A stretch of DNA of 64,000 nucleotides from an uncultured Acidobacteriota bacterium (GCA_963779415.1 CAVZYA010000001.1:256001-320000); one strand, 5' to 3'; positions 31,270-41,403 are shown, counted from the first letter of the stretch. Numbers and translations: made by a program. Notes: generated by a model not told the origin, from the letters alone.

Positions 31270-31304
31270 TGTATCTCTTTCAAAGCGGGACGGAAGCGGT
31301 TGCA
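31270..31304. promoter_or_regulatory. Candidate bEBP enhancer (inverted orientation)
   Basis: TGTATCTCTTTCA at 31270 and CGGAAGCGGTTGCA at 31291; reverse complement reads TTCCGTCCCGCTTTGAAAGAGATACA. Confidence 0.55.
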
Positions 31305-31385
31305 AACGAGGCGAGCCGAGCGTCATGTGAGGTCGAAGGTCCGCGATTGCCTCGCTGGCGATTGGCAGCAGCCCGAAAGACGTCG

Positions 31386-32309
31386 TCAGAATCCCAGAGA
31401 CAGTTCCAGGCCGTAGTATTCGACTCTATTGACGTAAAACTGGCCGTGCGGGTCGAATCCCTTGTACCACTCGGCCATGAGGCGCAGGCGTCGATGCCCG
31501 GGGTCTGGATGACCGAACTCGAGTCCCGCCTTGACGCTGGTCTCAAGGAGCCAGTCATGCTCCTCCAGGCTCTTCAAGTCCACCCCGACGAGCGGCCTGC
31601 CTTTCCACAGAAGTGCCTTGCCGCCGCGATACTCGATTCCCCCGTGGACGCTGGGTGCCTTGAGGTCGCTAGGCTCCTTGTGAATCAGGTATTCGCCCCC
31701 AACGTAGATTCGCCATCCGAGCCATTCGAGGGAATAGAGCAGCTCGAGGGACTCGAAGCTGAGGTTCACACGTTCCGGAGGATTGGCGCCCAGAAGAAGC
31801 TCATCTCCGAGGTGCGAGCTCTGATGGTAGATGCGGAATCGCAGAGAATTGGCGCCATGCCTATAGGTAACGGGGATGCCGATGGTGTAATCCGCGTTGA
31901 TGAGGTCGTAGGAAGGAGTGCTCAGGTTGAACTGGGCGAAGAGGGCCCCTTCGACGCTCAGCTGCAGGCCGTCTCCCTCACGGCTGCCAGCCAGCCTGTA
32001 CAGGCCGAATGTCTCGCCGAAGCCGACGGGAGCCATGGTGTAGTTGACGCCGACGGATGAGAAGCGGACGGCGCTGACGAAGAACCGCGGCTGCTTCGGG
32101 TCGGCGATGAGCGGCTGGAACACGTCGCCGGTCGGAAAAGCTCCCGATTTGGCGGTGGAGTCGGTGCTTTCGCTCCCGGATGGCGGACTTCCGGGTCCCT
32201 GATGCTCGACATCGCCTGCTCGGTCCGCGGCGACGGCTGCAAGCGGTGCCAGGAGAAGAATGAGACAGAGAGAGGCGGCGCGCGCAGACCTCGGAAGGCT
32301 ATTCATCAT
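31386..32309 (-). CDS. DUF1207-family outer-membrane protein
   Basis: PLIADPKQPRF, DLINADYTIG, RIYHQSSHLGDE; C-terminal Phe (ELSLGF). Confidence 0.85.
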   Translation of the reverse strand: MMNSLPRSARAASLCLILLLAPLAAVAADRAGDVEHQGPGSPPSGSESTDSTAKSGAFPTGDVFQPLIADPKQPRFFVSAVRFSSVGVNYTMAPVGFGETFGLYRLAGSREGDGLQLSVEGALFAQFNLSTPSYDLINADYTIGIPVTYRHGANSLRFRIYHQSSHLGDELLLGANPPERVNLSFESLELLYSLEWLGWRIYVGGEYLIHKEPSDLKAPSVHGGIEYRGGKALLWKGRPLVGVDLKSLEEHDWLLETSVKAGLEFGHPDPGHRRLRLMAEWYKGFDPHGQFYVNRVEYYGLELSLGF

Positions 32310-34911
32310 GCTCCGCTCTCCGAATCTCTCCCTCCGCCCGTTTCCAGTCCTGAGCGGCTCGACCGTCCTTCCGGCCGCCCTGCTCGTAGAGTTCATAGGC
32401 TCGCGTGGCGATCTGCGGCGTCAAGTCGGACGGGGGACCGGCTTTGACGGGGTCGAGTATCCGGTACGCGAGCAGTTTCACGCGGTCGTTCAGCAGGAAC
32501 CAGAGCAGCGCATAACCCCATACGAAGAGGGCCCACCCCCACCCGAGGGGAGTCATGAACAGTCCGTAGACCGCGATCAACGTCGCCACAATCTGCGTCC
32601 CGACGACCGCCACCCACAGGATCCTCGCCGGCCGGATGGACCAGAACGGGCCGCGCGTCCGCGTGAGGAAGATCGTCAGGTGTCCCGCCACGGACAGCTT
32701 CAGATACATCAGCGTCTGAATGTGCGAGCGGTCCAGATGAAAGACGCGCTCCCCGAGATAGAACAAACCGAAGGCGGAGACGACCCCGATGACGCCGAGC
32801 ACCGTGGCGATCCCCAGCACCAGACGCATGTTCCAGGCCTCTGGCTGGTCCTTGTAATGGACGTTGTCGTACGCGATGGAGAGTATGGCGCCGTCGTTGA
32901 GCAGCGCCAGCATCACGATCATCACGGCCGTCAGGGGATAGAAATTGAACACCAGGATCGCCAGCGTCATGAAGAACAGCACGCGCAGCGTCTCGGCGAT
33001 GCGATAGATCGCGTAGCTGTTCATCCGCTGGAAGATGCGGCGGCTCTCCTTGATCGCGTCGATGATCACCGACAGGCCGGAGGCCATCAGCACGATCGAA
33101 GCCGCAGCCCGCGCCGCGTCCGTCGCCCCAGAAACGGCGATCCCGCAGTCGGCCTTCTTCAGCGCCGGGGCGTCGTTCACCCCGTCGCCGGTCATCCCGA
33201 CGATGTGACCACGCTTCTGAAGGACATCCACGATGTGGAACTTGTGTTCCGGGAAGACCTGCGCGAAACCGTCCGCCTTCTCGATGGACTCGACGGTCGC
33301 GCTGGACTCCTCATGCCTGGAGTCACCCAGGCCGGCCGCATCGAGAATATTTGAGCCCATGTCCAATTTCCTGGCGGTCTCCCTGGCGATCGCCAGAGCA
33401 TCGCCCGTGACCATCTTGACTTTCACGCCCATGTTTCGCGCCGTCGCGATGGTGGCCTTGGCATCGTCCCGCGGAGGATCGAACAGGGGAAAGACGCCGA
33501 GGAACTGCCAGGGGCCGTCTCCCTCGGCTCGCGCCACGCCCAGCGAACGAAAGCCGCGCGCCGCGAACTCGTCTACCGCCCTTTCCACGGCGGCTTTCAC
33601 CTGTCCCGCGTTGCCAGACAGCTCCAGAATCACCTGCGGCGCACCCTTGGTCGCCTTGAACGTCTTCCCGTCCGCGGCCTTCACGGAGGCCTCGGTGCGC
33701 TTATGGACCGGGTCGAATGGCTGGAAATGGATGACCTGGTAGCCCTTCAAGGCGTCCTTGTCGGTCAGACCGGCGAGAACCGCCAGATCGATGGTGTCGT
33801 CATTGTCCGGACGCGACGCGAGGGCGGCATTGAGGATCACCTGCCGGGCCGGGACGCCGGCCACGCCGAACGGATCGCCGAGCGTCAGCTTGTTCTGGGT
33901 CAGGGTGCCGGTCTTGTCCGCGCACAGCACGTCGACGCCGGCCAGTTCCTCGATCGCGACCAAACGGCTTACAATCGCTTCCTTCCTGGCGAGCAAACGC
34001 GCGCCGACGGCCATCGTTACCGAGAGGACGGTCGGCATGGCCACGGGAATTGCGGCCACCGTCAGCACCAGGGCGAATTGCAGCGTCGTGAGGACGCGGT
34101 CGCCGCGCAGGATCGCAACCGCGATGATCGCCGCCACGAGAGCCACGGCGAGGATGATCAGATAGTTGCCGATCTTCAACACGGCGCGCTGAAAGTGACT
34201 GACGGTGTGCGCCTCCTGCACGAGCTGCGCCGTCTTTCCGAAGTATGTCTTCGCCCCCGTGGCGTAAACGAGGGCGCCGATCTCGCCCTGACGAATGATC
34301 GATCCCGAAAAGACCGCGTCGCCCGCCTTGCGCACGGCAGGCAGGGATTCTCCCGTCAGCGCGGACTGGTCCACCTCCACGGAGTCGCCGGCCAGCAGGC
34401 GGGCATCGGCCGGCACGATGTCGCCGAGGCGCACGCGGATGACGTCTCCGGGCACCAGGTCCCGTGCCGCCGGGGTGATCCACTGTCCATCCCGTTTCAC
34501 GCGGGCCTTGATGGCCAGCTTCGCTTTCAGCGCCGTGATGGCGTTTCCGGCTTCGCGCTCCTCCCAGAATCCCACGAGGCCGTTGGCGAGAAGCAGGACG
34601 AGGATGATCCCGAAGTCGGGCCAATGGCGCGCCACGGCCGAAAGGACCACGGCCGCCTCGATCATCCACGGGATGGGACCCCAGAAATAGGAGAGAAAGT
34701 TCAAAATCGGATTGGTCTTCTTCTCTTCAATCTCGTTGGGTCCGTATTGAATCAGCCGTTTCCCGGCTTCGGCCTGGCTGAGCCCCTCCGCGGACGACCC
34801 CAGGGCCGCCTCCAGCTCCGGCATGGGAAGAGATTTCAGATCGACCTTCATCTCGGGCTTTGGTCCCGCGGCCGGTTCGGGAGGCCCGGGCCGGCCGGCG
34901 TTTCGTGTCAT
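32299..34911 (-). CDS. Plasma-membrane proton-efflux P-type ATPase (P3A) with C-terminal DUF2934-like tail
   Basis: FWGPIPWMIE, AAIPVAMPTVLSVTMAVGA, CADKTGTLT, IFQRMNSYAIYRI, LLNDGAILSIAYD; tail IATRAYELYEQGGRKDGRAAQDWKRAE. Confidence 0.93.
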   Translation of the reverse strand: MTRNAGRPGPPEPAAGPKPEMKVDLKSLPMPELEAALGSSAEGLSQAEAGKRLIQYGPNEIEEKKTNPILNFLSYFWGPIPWMIEAAVVLSAVARHWPDFGIILVLLLANGLVGFWEEREAGNAITALKAKLAIKARVKRDGQWITPAARDLVPGDVIRVRLGDIVPADARLLAGDSVEVDQSALTGESLPAVRKAGDAVFSGSIIRQGEIGALVYATGAKTYFGKTAQLVQEAHTVSHFQRAVLKIGNYLIILAVALVAAIIAVAILRGDRVLTTLQFALVLTVAAIPVAMPTVLSVTMAVGARLLARKEAIVSRLVAIEELAGVDVLCADKTGTLTQNKLTLGDPFGVAGVPARQVILNAALASRPDNDDTIDLAVLAGLTDKDALKGYQVIHFQPFDPVHKRTEASVKAADGKTFKATKGAPQVILELSGNAGQVKAAVERAVDEFAARGFRSLGVARAEGDGPWQFLGVFPLFDPPRDDAKATIATARNMGVKVKMVTGDALAIARETARKLDMGSNILDAAGLGDSRHEESSATVESIEKADGFAQVFPEHKFHIVDVLQKRGHIVGMTGDGVNDAPALKKADCGIAVSGATDAARAAASIVLMASGLSVIIDAIKESRRIFQRMNSYAIYRIAETLRVLFFMTLAILVFNFYPLTAVMIVMLALLNDGAILSIAYDNVHYKDQPEAWNMRLVLGIATVLGVIGVVSAFGLFYLGERVFHLDRSHIQTLMYLKLSVAGHLTIFLTRTRGPFWSIRPARILWVAVVGTQIVATLIAVYGLFMTPLGWGWALFVWGYALLWFLLNDRVKLLAYRILDPVKAGPPSDLTPQIATRAYELYEQGGRKDGRAAQDWKRAEGEIRRAEHDE

Positions 34912-34992
34912 GAGGACATTCTCCCTGCCGTCTCTAGGCTCGCGATGCCGGGGGCCGTTGGAGACGACTCGTTTCGTTCGAGCCGGAATCCG

Positions 34993-35355
34993 CTACGGTT
35001 CGCCCAGCCACTTCCGGGCCTCCGCGGCGTCCGCGTGATCGAAGTACCGGACCTTCGCTTTCGTGAACGGCTTGCAGAACGTCGCCATGCCGTGCTGCCA
35101 CCGTGTTTCCCCGATCATGGCGATCCGTTCGATGTCGGAGAAGTGTTTGACGGCGAACCGGGTGTCCTCCCAGAGCGCCCCGGCCGTCCAGCCGTGGAAG
35201 CCGGTCATGTCGAAGAGCATCCGTACCGTTCCGTGCGTCCGGAGAAGTCGCTCGAACTCGGGCACCAACAGGTCGTAATCCGCCCTCACGAGCGTTCGGG
35301 TTACGTGGACGACGAGAATCTTCCCGCCGTCTTCTTCCGTGAGTTGAATGGACAT
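34993..35355 (-). CDS. SpoIIAA-like (STAS/SEC14) protein
   Basis: MLFDMTGFHGWTAGALWEDTRF...IERIAMIGETRW...AEARKWL. Confidence 0.9.
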   Translation of the reverse strand: MSIQLTEEDGGKILVVHVTRTLVRADYDLLVPEFERLLRTHGTVRMLFDMTGFHGWTAGALWEDTRFAVKHFSDIERIAMIGETRWQHGMATFCKPFTKAKVRYFDHADAAEARKWLGEP

Positions 35356-35467
35356 ATTGAGCTCCCTTGGTTGGTGTCAGCGGACGTGGCGTTTCAGGTG
35401 CGGGAAACCGGACCAACGGTCGAGAAGAGCAGGCACGGACGCCCTCTTCCGGCGCGGGTCATTCTCC

Positions 35468-37840
35468 TTACGATACATTCCGCCTCCACTTCCAGTTCCG
35501 GATTTCCGGCATGTCCTCGCCGTACTTGTCGATGTACTGCTTGTGCTCGATGAGCTTGTCCTTGAGCTGCTGCTTCAGGTAGACGCCCCTGTCGCCGGTC
35601 TGCGGCAGGCGGTCGATGACGTCCATCACGAGGTGGAAGCGGTCCAGATCGTTCAGCACCGTCATGTCGAAGGGCGTCGTGATCGTCCCTTCCTCCTTGT
35701 AGCCGCGGACGTGGATGTTGTCGTGGTTGGTGCGGCGGTAGGTCAGCCGATGGATCAGCCACGGGTAGGCATGGAAGGCAAAGATTACCGGCTTGTCCCT
35801 GGTGAAGAGATCGTCGAAATCCATGTCGGAGAGCCCGTGCGGGTGCTCGGTTTGCGGCTGCAGCTTCATGAGGTCGACGACGTTGACCACCCGGATCTTC
35901 AGGTCGGGCAGGTGCTCGCGCAGGATGGAGACGGCTGCGAGCGTCTCCAGCGTGGGGACGTCGCCACAGCAGGCCATCACGACGTCGGGCGACACGGACT
36001 GGTCGTTACTGGCCCATTGCCAGATGCCGAGGCCCTGGCTGCAGTGCTTGACGGCGGCGTCCATCGTCAGCCACTGCGGCGCCGGGTGTTTGCCCGCGAT
36101 CACGACGTTGACGTAGTGCCGGCTACGGAGGCAGTGGTCCATCACCGAGAGCAGGCAGTTCGCATCCGGCGGAAGGTAGACACGCACAACCTCGGCCTTC
36201 TTGTTCACGACGTGGTCGATGAAGCCGGGGTCCTGATGCGTGAAGCCGTTATGGTCCTGGCGCCAGACATGCGAGGCCAACAGGTAGTTCAGTGAAGCAA
36301 TCTTCCGCCGCCACGGCAGGTGCGCCGTGACCTTCAGCCACTTGGCGTGCTGGTTGAACATCGAATCGACGATGTGGATGAAAGCCTCGTAGCAGTTGAA
36401 CAGGCCATGCCGCCCGGTGAGAAGGTAGCCCTCGAGCCACCCCTCGCACTGGTGCTCGCTGAGCATTTCCATCACGCGCCCGGAGGGCGCCAGAAACTCG
36501 TCGTTCGGCACGGTCGCGGCGTTCCACTGGCGTGTCGTCGCCTCAAAGAGGGCTTCGAGGCCGTTGGAAAGCGTCTCGTCGGGGCCGAAGACCCGGAAGT
36601 TCCGCTGCTCCTGGTTCCGCTTCGCCACATCGCGCAGGAATGAGCCGAGCACATGCGTGTCGCCGATGCCAGGCGCCCCCGGCACGGGGACGTCTGCGGC
36701 GTAGTCTCGGAAGTCCGGCATCCGCAGGTCGCGCAGCAGGATGCCGCCGTTGGCGTGTGGATTCGCGCCCATGCGACGCTCGCCTTGGGGCGCCAGTTCG
36801 GCCAGCTCCGGTTTCAGGCGACCCTGCTCGTCGAAGAGCTCCTCCGGCCTGTAGCTCTGGAGCCACTCTTCCAGAAGCTTGAGGTGAGCGGGATGCGCGG
36901 CATCTACCGAAAGCGGTACCTGATGCGCCCGGAACGTCCCCTCGATCTGGTGGCCATCCACGATCTTCGGCCCCGTCCAGCCCTTCGGTGAATTGAGGAC
37001 GATCATCGGCCAGCGCGGGCGTGTGAGGTTTCCGTGGGCGCGGGCGTCCTGCTGGATCCGCTTGATCTGCTCCACCGCCGTGTCGAGCGCAGCAGCCATC
37101 GCCTCGTGCATCGGCCCGGCCTCGTGACCCTCGACGAAACAGGGGGTCCACCCGTAGCCGCGTAGCAACTGTTCCAGTTCTTCATGCTCGATGCGGGCCA
37201 GCACGGTAGGGTTGGAGATCTTGTAACCGTTCAGATGCAGAATCGGGAGCACGGCGCCGTCGGTTGCGGGATCGAGGAACTTGTTGGAATGCCACGCCGT
37301 GGCCAGAGGTCCGGTTTCCGCCTCGCCGTCGCCGACGACGCAGGCGACGATGAGATCGGGATTATCGAATACCGCCCCGAACGAATGGCTGAGTGAATAG
37401 CCCAGCTCGCCCCCCTCGTGGATCGATCCGGGGCACTCCGGCGACGCATGGCTCGGGATGCCTCCGGGGAACGAAAACTGAAGGAAGAGCTTTCGCAGTC
37501 CAGCCTCGTCCTGGCTGATGTCGGGATAGATCTCGCTATAGGTGCCTTCGAGGTACGTGTTCCCCACGACGGCCGGTCCACCATGTCCGGGGCCGGAGAC
37601 ATAGATCATGTCGAGGTCGTATTTCTTGATGACGCGATTCAGGTGGACGTAGATGAAGTTCTGCCCGGGAGTCGTCCCCCAGTGGCCGAGCAGCATCTGT
37701 TTCACGTCCGCGAGCGTCAGCGGCCGCTTCAGCAGGGGGTTGTCGTAAAGATAGATCTGGCCGACGGAGAGATAGTTCGCGGCTCGCCAGTAGGCATTCA
37801 TCTTGTGGAGCAGCTCCGAAGAAAGAGTGTTTGTCTTCAT
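35468..37840 (-). CDS. xfp: Phosphoketolase (xylulose-5-P/fructose-6-P)
   Basis: [58 protein letters not shown]. Confidence 0.97.
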   Translation of the reverse strand: MKTNTLSSELLHKMNAYWRAANYLSVGQIYLYDNPLLKRPLTLADVKQMLLGHWGTTPGQNFIYVHLNRVIKKYDLDMIYVSGPGHGGPAVVGNTYLEGTYSEIYPDISQDEAGLRKLFLQFSFPGGIPSHASPECPGSIHEGGELGYSLSHSFGAVFDNPDLIVACVVGDGEAETGPLATAWHSNKFLDPATDGAVLPILHLNGYKISNPTVLARIEHEELEQLLRGYGWTPCFVEGHEAGPMHEAMAAALDTAVEQIKRIQQDARAHGNLTRPRWPMIVLNSPKGWTGPKIVDGHQIEGTFRAHQVPLSVDAAHPAHLKLLEEWLQSYRPEELFDEQGRLKPELAELAPQGERRMGANPHANGGILLRDLRMPDFRDYAADVPVPGAPGIGDTHVLGSFLRDVAKRNQEQRNFRVFGPDETLSNGLEALFEATTRQWNAATVPNDEFLAPSGRVMEMLSEHQCEGWLEGYLLTGRHGLFNCYEAFIHIVDSMFNQHAKWLKVTAHLPWRRKIASLNYLLASHVWRQDHNGFTHQDPGFIDHVVNKKAEVVRVYLPPDANCLLSVMDHCLRSRHYVNVVIAGKHPAPQWLTMDAAVKHCSQGLGIWQWASNDQSVSPDVVMACCGDVPTLETLAAVSILREHLPDLKIRVVNVVDLMKLQPQTEHPHGLSDMDFDDLFTRDKPVIFAFHAYPWLIHRLTYRRTNHDNIHVRGYKEEGTITTPFDMTVLNDLDRFHLVMDVIDRLPQTGDRGVYLKQQLKDKLIEHKQYIDKYGEDMPEIRNWKWRRNVS

Positions 37841-37843
37841 GGA

Positions 37844-37974
37844 TCAAGCCTCCTCTTCCGAGCCAGGCCCGAGAACGCGGCACACCGTCCGGGCGATCAT
37901 GATTTCCTCGTCGGTCCGGATGACGCGGACGGCCTCCCGGCCGCCCGCATTGGAAATGACGCCCTCATTTTCAT
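37844..37974 (-). pseudogene. ackA: Acetate kinase remnant (C-terminal about 40 codons)
   Basis: NEGVISNAGGREAVRVIRTDEEIMIARTVCRVL matches the AckA C-terminal TDEE-MIAR motif; the rest of the gene is absent. Confidence 0.75.
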
Positions 37975-38678
37975 CGGGGCCCTCGTGGCAGTTGCCGGGC
38001 CGCGGTCGGGCCGAGCAGGGCTGCTGCATCGAAGGTGACCAGCTCGCCGATCCGCTCGACCGTGAGATCGGCCGCCGGGTAGGCGGCGACGTTCGCGAGA
38101 TCGAGCGCGTAGTGGCCTTGGCGCGGGAACACCGTCGTCACACCCTCACGCCAGATCTCCTTCATCATGGCCAGAATGCGCAGCTTGTCGTCGATCATGA
38201 CGTAGTGCCGGGCCGGGAAACGCTCGGCCACGGCTTCCAGCATCCCTTCCTTGTGGATGTAGATCAGCACGCGACCTTCGACCGCCGCCCAGAGGCCGGA
38301 GCGCTGGATCTTGCGCGGCTGGAACACGACATCACCATCCGACAGAATGACCGTCAATCCCAGGGTCCGCAGATGTCGGATGGTCTCGAGGGCACCGGGA
38401 TACAACCGGCTCGCGAAAGGATAGTCGACCAGAAACGACGACATCAGGAGCAACCGGGGGTCGCTCATGTCTCCCAGCCGGTAACGCTGCAGCGCCCCGA
38501 GGTAGTCGGCGTACCCGAGCTCCCGGCGCAGCTCTTCGAGGATGGCCCAGTACCGGTCCCGGTTGGCGGATCCGAACTCGCGCGCGAGGTGATCGCGAAG
38601 ATCCTCCTCCACGAGGTCGTTATCGAGCAGCGTGTTGTCGCAGTCGAGGAGAAAGACGACGTCGTCCGGCGACGTCAT
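37971..38678 (-). CDS. HAD-superfamily hydrolase
   Basis: FLLDCDNTLLDND motif I, LSDGD, MIDDKLRIL. Confidence 0.9.
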   Translation of the reverse strand: MTSPDDVVFLLDCDNTLLDNDLVEEDLRDHLAREFGSANRDRYWAILEELRRELGYADYLGALQRYRLGDMSDPRLLLMSSFLVDYPFASRLYPGALETIRHLRTLGLTVILSDGDVVFQPRKIQRSGLWAAVEGRVLIYIHKEGMLEAVAERFPARHYVMIDDKLRILAMMKEIWREGVTTVFPRQGHYALDLANVAAYPAADLTVERIGELVTFDAAALLGPTAARQLPRGPR

Positions 38679-40072
38679 GCCGTCTCCTCGCCGAGCATGG
38701 GATTGTGCCAGCCACCGTCAGCCGCGATGAGCGCGTCCGCTTCCTTGGGCCCCCAGCTCCCCGGCCTGTAGGGACGTACGCGACGATGGGTCTTCAGGAC
38801 TCGGTCGACCGCGGCCCATGCCGCCTCGACTGCGTCCTCCCGGGTGAAGAGTGCTCCATCGCCGGCCATCGCATCCGTCAGAAGCCGCTCGTAAGGTGTC
38901 TCCTCTCCCGGCTGATGATCGACGAGGTAGAGCTCCCGCTGGTCGCCGACGAACTCCTTGCCGACGCGCTTGACTCGAGCGGCGAGGGCAACGGCGGAGT
39001 TGGGGGAGAGCCGGAACCGCAAATAGTTGGCTGGGCCGGCGGCCGGCGATGAGTCGGCGAAGAGCCGTTGCGGCGGCGGTTTGAGCTGGACGAATACCTC
39101 GGCGGCCGTCTCGGGCAGGAGCTTGCCGGAGCGCAGGTACCACGGCACCCCCTCCCAGCGCCAGGAGTCGATGAAGAGCCGGACAGCGCAGAAGGTCTCG
39201 ACGTCGGAGTCCCGTGCCACGTCCGGTTCCTTGCGGTAGCCAGCATACTGGCCGCGGACCACGTCGGCGGTCTTCAGCGGCCGCATGGCCTGGAAAACCG
39301 CCGCCTTCTCACTGTGCACGGCTCCAAAGCCCCGGCAGGCCGGCGGCTCCATGGCCATGAGGGCGACGATCTGGAAGAGGTGATTCTGGATGACGTCGCG
39401 CAGACAGCCCGCCGTCTCGTAGAATGCGCCGCGCCCGTTCACGCCGATATCCTCGGAGAGGGTCAGCTGGACGCTGGCCACGTAGTTGCGGTTCCAGATC
39501 GGCTCGAGGAACGAATTGGCGAACCGGAAATAGAGGATGTTCATGATCGCTTCCTTTCCGAGGAAGTGATCGATGCGGAAGATCGCATCTTCCGGAAACA
39601 GCGACCGCGCGACGCGGTTGAGCTTGCGCGCGGAGGCCAGGTCACGGCCGAAGGGCTTTTCGACGATGACGCGCGCCTGGTGCGCCAGGCCCGCGGCGCC
39701 GAGCCCCGTGATCACCGTCTGGAAGAGAGACGGCGGAATGGCGAGGTAGTGCGCCGGGCGCCGGGCATCTCCCAGCGCCTGCCGGAGCGCCTTGAAGGTC
39801 CCCGCGTCGTTGTAGTCGCCGTTCACGTACCGGAGCAATGAGAGCAGATGGCGAAGCGCCCGCGCATCGTCGATCGGGCCCGCCTTTCGTATTCCGTCCG
39901 CGGCGCGCTTGCGCAGTCGCTCTAGACTCCATGGCGGGAAAGCGACGCCGACCACGGGGACGTCGAGGACGCCGCGCTTCGCCATGGAGTAGAGCGCCGG
40001 GAAGATCATCTTGTGGGCGAGGTCGCCCGTCACGCCGAACAGCACCAGGGCATCCGAACGAGGCGGGGTCAC
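38675..40072 (-). CDS. zwf: Glucose-6-phosphate 1-dehydrogenase
   Basis: LFGVTGDLAHK, EKPFGRDL, RIDHFLGKE, RDVIQNHL, YERLL; GTG start at 40072. Confidence 0.95.
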   Translation of the reverse strand: MTPPRSDALVLFGVTGDLAHKMIFPALYSMAKRGVLDVPVVGVAFPPWSLERLRKRAADGIRKAGPIDDARALRHLLSLLRYVNGDYNDAGTFKALRQALGDARRPAHYLAIPPSLFQTVITGLGAAGLAHQARVIVEKPFGRDLASARKLNRVARSLFPEDAIFRIDHFLGKEAIMNILYFRFANSFLEPIWNRNYVASVQLTLSEDIGVNGRGAFYETAGCLRDVIQNHLFQIVALMAMEPPACRGFGAVHSEKAAVFQAMRPLKTADVVRGQYAGYRKEPDVARDSDVETFCAVRLFIDSWRWEGVPWYLRSGKLLPETAAEVFVQLKPPPQRLFADSSPAAGPANYLRFRLSPNSAVALAARVKRVGKEFVGDQRELYLVDHQPGEETPYERLLTDAMAGDGALFTREDAVEAAWAAVDRVLKTHRRVRPYRPGSWGPKEADALIAADGGWHNPMLGEETA

Positions 40073-40193
40073 CGGACGTCTCCCTTCAAGGCGACTTGCA
40101 TCCTGAACCTCCTTGCCCGGGAGAGGACGGATCGTCTTTCGCCTCAGCGCCATCAGAACGTGGCGATAACCGATGGACGCCGGATGAAGAGGA

Positions 40194-41021
40194 TCATCCC
40201 GTGGTTCTTCCCTCATGCCGATGGTTTCCGGAGTGGCGCGCGGGTCTCGCCTCTTCCGGATGTGCGCCACTGGCCCAGTACATCGGCCGTCCGTAATAGT
40301 CGTAAAGGCGAGCTTCATACTCGCGATTGATGGCCACCGTCGCGTCCCACGCGGGGCTGTTCTTGATCTTTTGTCGAGACAAGTCCACGAAGACCTTACT
40401 TTCGTCGTAACTGACGCGGCTCGCCCAGTGCGGCGCAACTAGCACCTTCTTGCCGAACCACCAGTTGCTGGTGTCGACCACCAGATAGCGGACCTGCCAG
40501 GTTTCATCGTCGACGACGAAGTCGGCGACGTGGCCGATCGCGTCGTCGCTTCCCTGAATGTGGTATCCGCGGATTTCCCCAACGCTTCGCAGGTGGACAT
40601 CGCCGGAAACCTTCTCGGAAGGCGGCGGAGGCGGCTCGGTCCTCCTGCCGGCCCCGAGCAGGCCCGGGAACGCACCCATGCCCCAGATTCCCGAGTACCC
40701 CCAGTAGGGCGTATAGCCATAGTAGCGGTAGAAGTTCTGCTCATGCTGGCGCGAGACGGGCTTGTCCGCGTCGACGCTCGGGCTGTTTTTGACCTTCTCC
40801 TTCGTCAGCGCCAGATGGAAGCGGTGGGTCGACCAGTCAGCCTGGCGGAAGGAGATGGGCGAGATGAGGACTCTATGCCCCTCGAGGAAGCTGCCGGTGT
40901 CGACGACCAGATAGCGGACTGTCCAGTGCTTATCGTCGAGAATGAAATTCACCACGCTTCCGATGTCGCCATCGGTGGCGCTCACCGTATAGCGTTCGAG
41001 ATCTTTCAGACTTCTGAGCAT
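40194..41021 (-). CDS. Double PRC-barrel protein
   Basis: ATDGDIGSV...WTVRYLVVDTG and IGHVADFVVDDETWQVRYLVVDT repeats; GGAGG RBS. Confidence 0.92.
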   Translation of the reverse strand: MLRSLKDLERYTVSATDGDIGSVVNFILDDKHWTVRYLVVDTGSFLEGHRVLISPISFRQADWSTHRFHLALTKEKVKNSPSVDADKPVSRQHEQNFYRYYGYTPYWGYSGIWGMGAFPGLLGAGRRTEPPPPPSEKVSGDVHLRSVGEIRGYHIQGSDDAIGHVADFVVDDETWQVRYLVVDTSNWWFGKKVLVAPHWASRVSYDESKVFVDLSRQKIKNSPAWDATVAINREYEARLYDYYGRPMYWASGAHPEEARPARHSGNHRHEGRTTG

Positions 41022-41084
41022 GGATTCCTCCTTGCCCCGCGGCCCCGTCATTTCAGGCGCGGAGTCGATTGCAACCAAAGGTAA

Positions 41085-41100
41085 CGCACGGGTTGTGCCA
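41085..41100 (-). promoter_or_regulatory. sigma54 promoter (PRC-zwf-HAD-xfp operon)
   Basis: TGGCACAACCCGTGCG. Confidence 0.75.
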
Positions 41101-41387
41101 CGGGGCGGGACCGGTGGCTTCGACGACGAAGGCCGGCGGCTCGCCGCCGAAGTTGCGACGGCGTCTTCGACAATGCTCGAGGGATGTCGTAAAGGCGGGA
41201 GATGCACCCCCGTGAGGGGGTGCATCCGGGGCGAAAGGACGGGGTCAGAGGAGGGCGACCTCGCGTGCGCGAGGTGCGAGGGCGGTGGGAGTTCCGGCGG
41301 GGACGCGGGTCGGGGAGAACTCCACCGGCAACGCCAATGCCTTTTCTGTCGGTCTCGCTCGCCCGACTCGCATCGAACTCCCGTAGA

Positions 41388-41403
41388 TGCATCGCTCATA
41401 CCA
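41388..41403 (-). promoter_or_regulatory. sigma54-like promoter with no recognisable gene directly downstream
   Basis: TGGTATGAGCGATGCA, GG-N10-GC. Confidence 0.5.
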
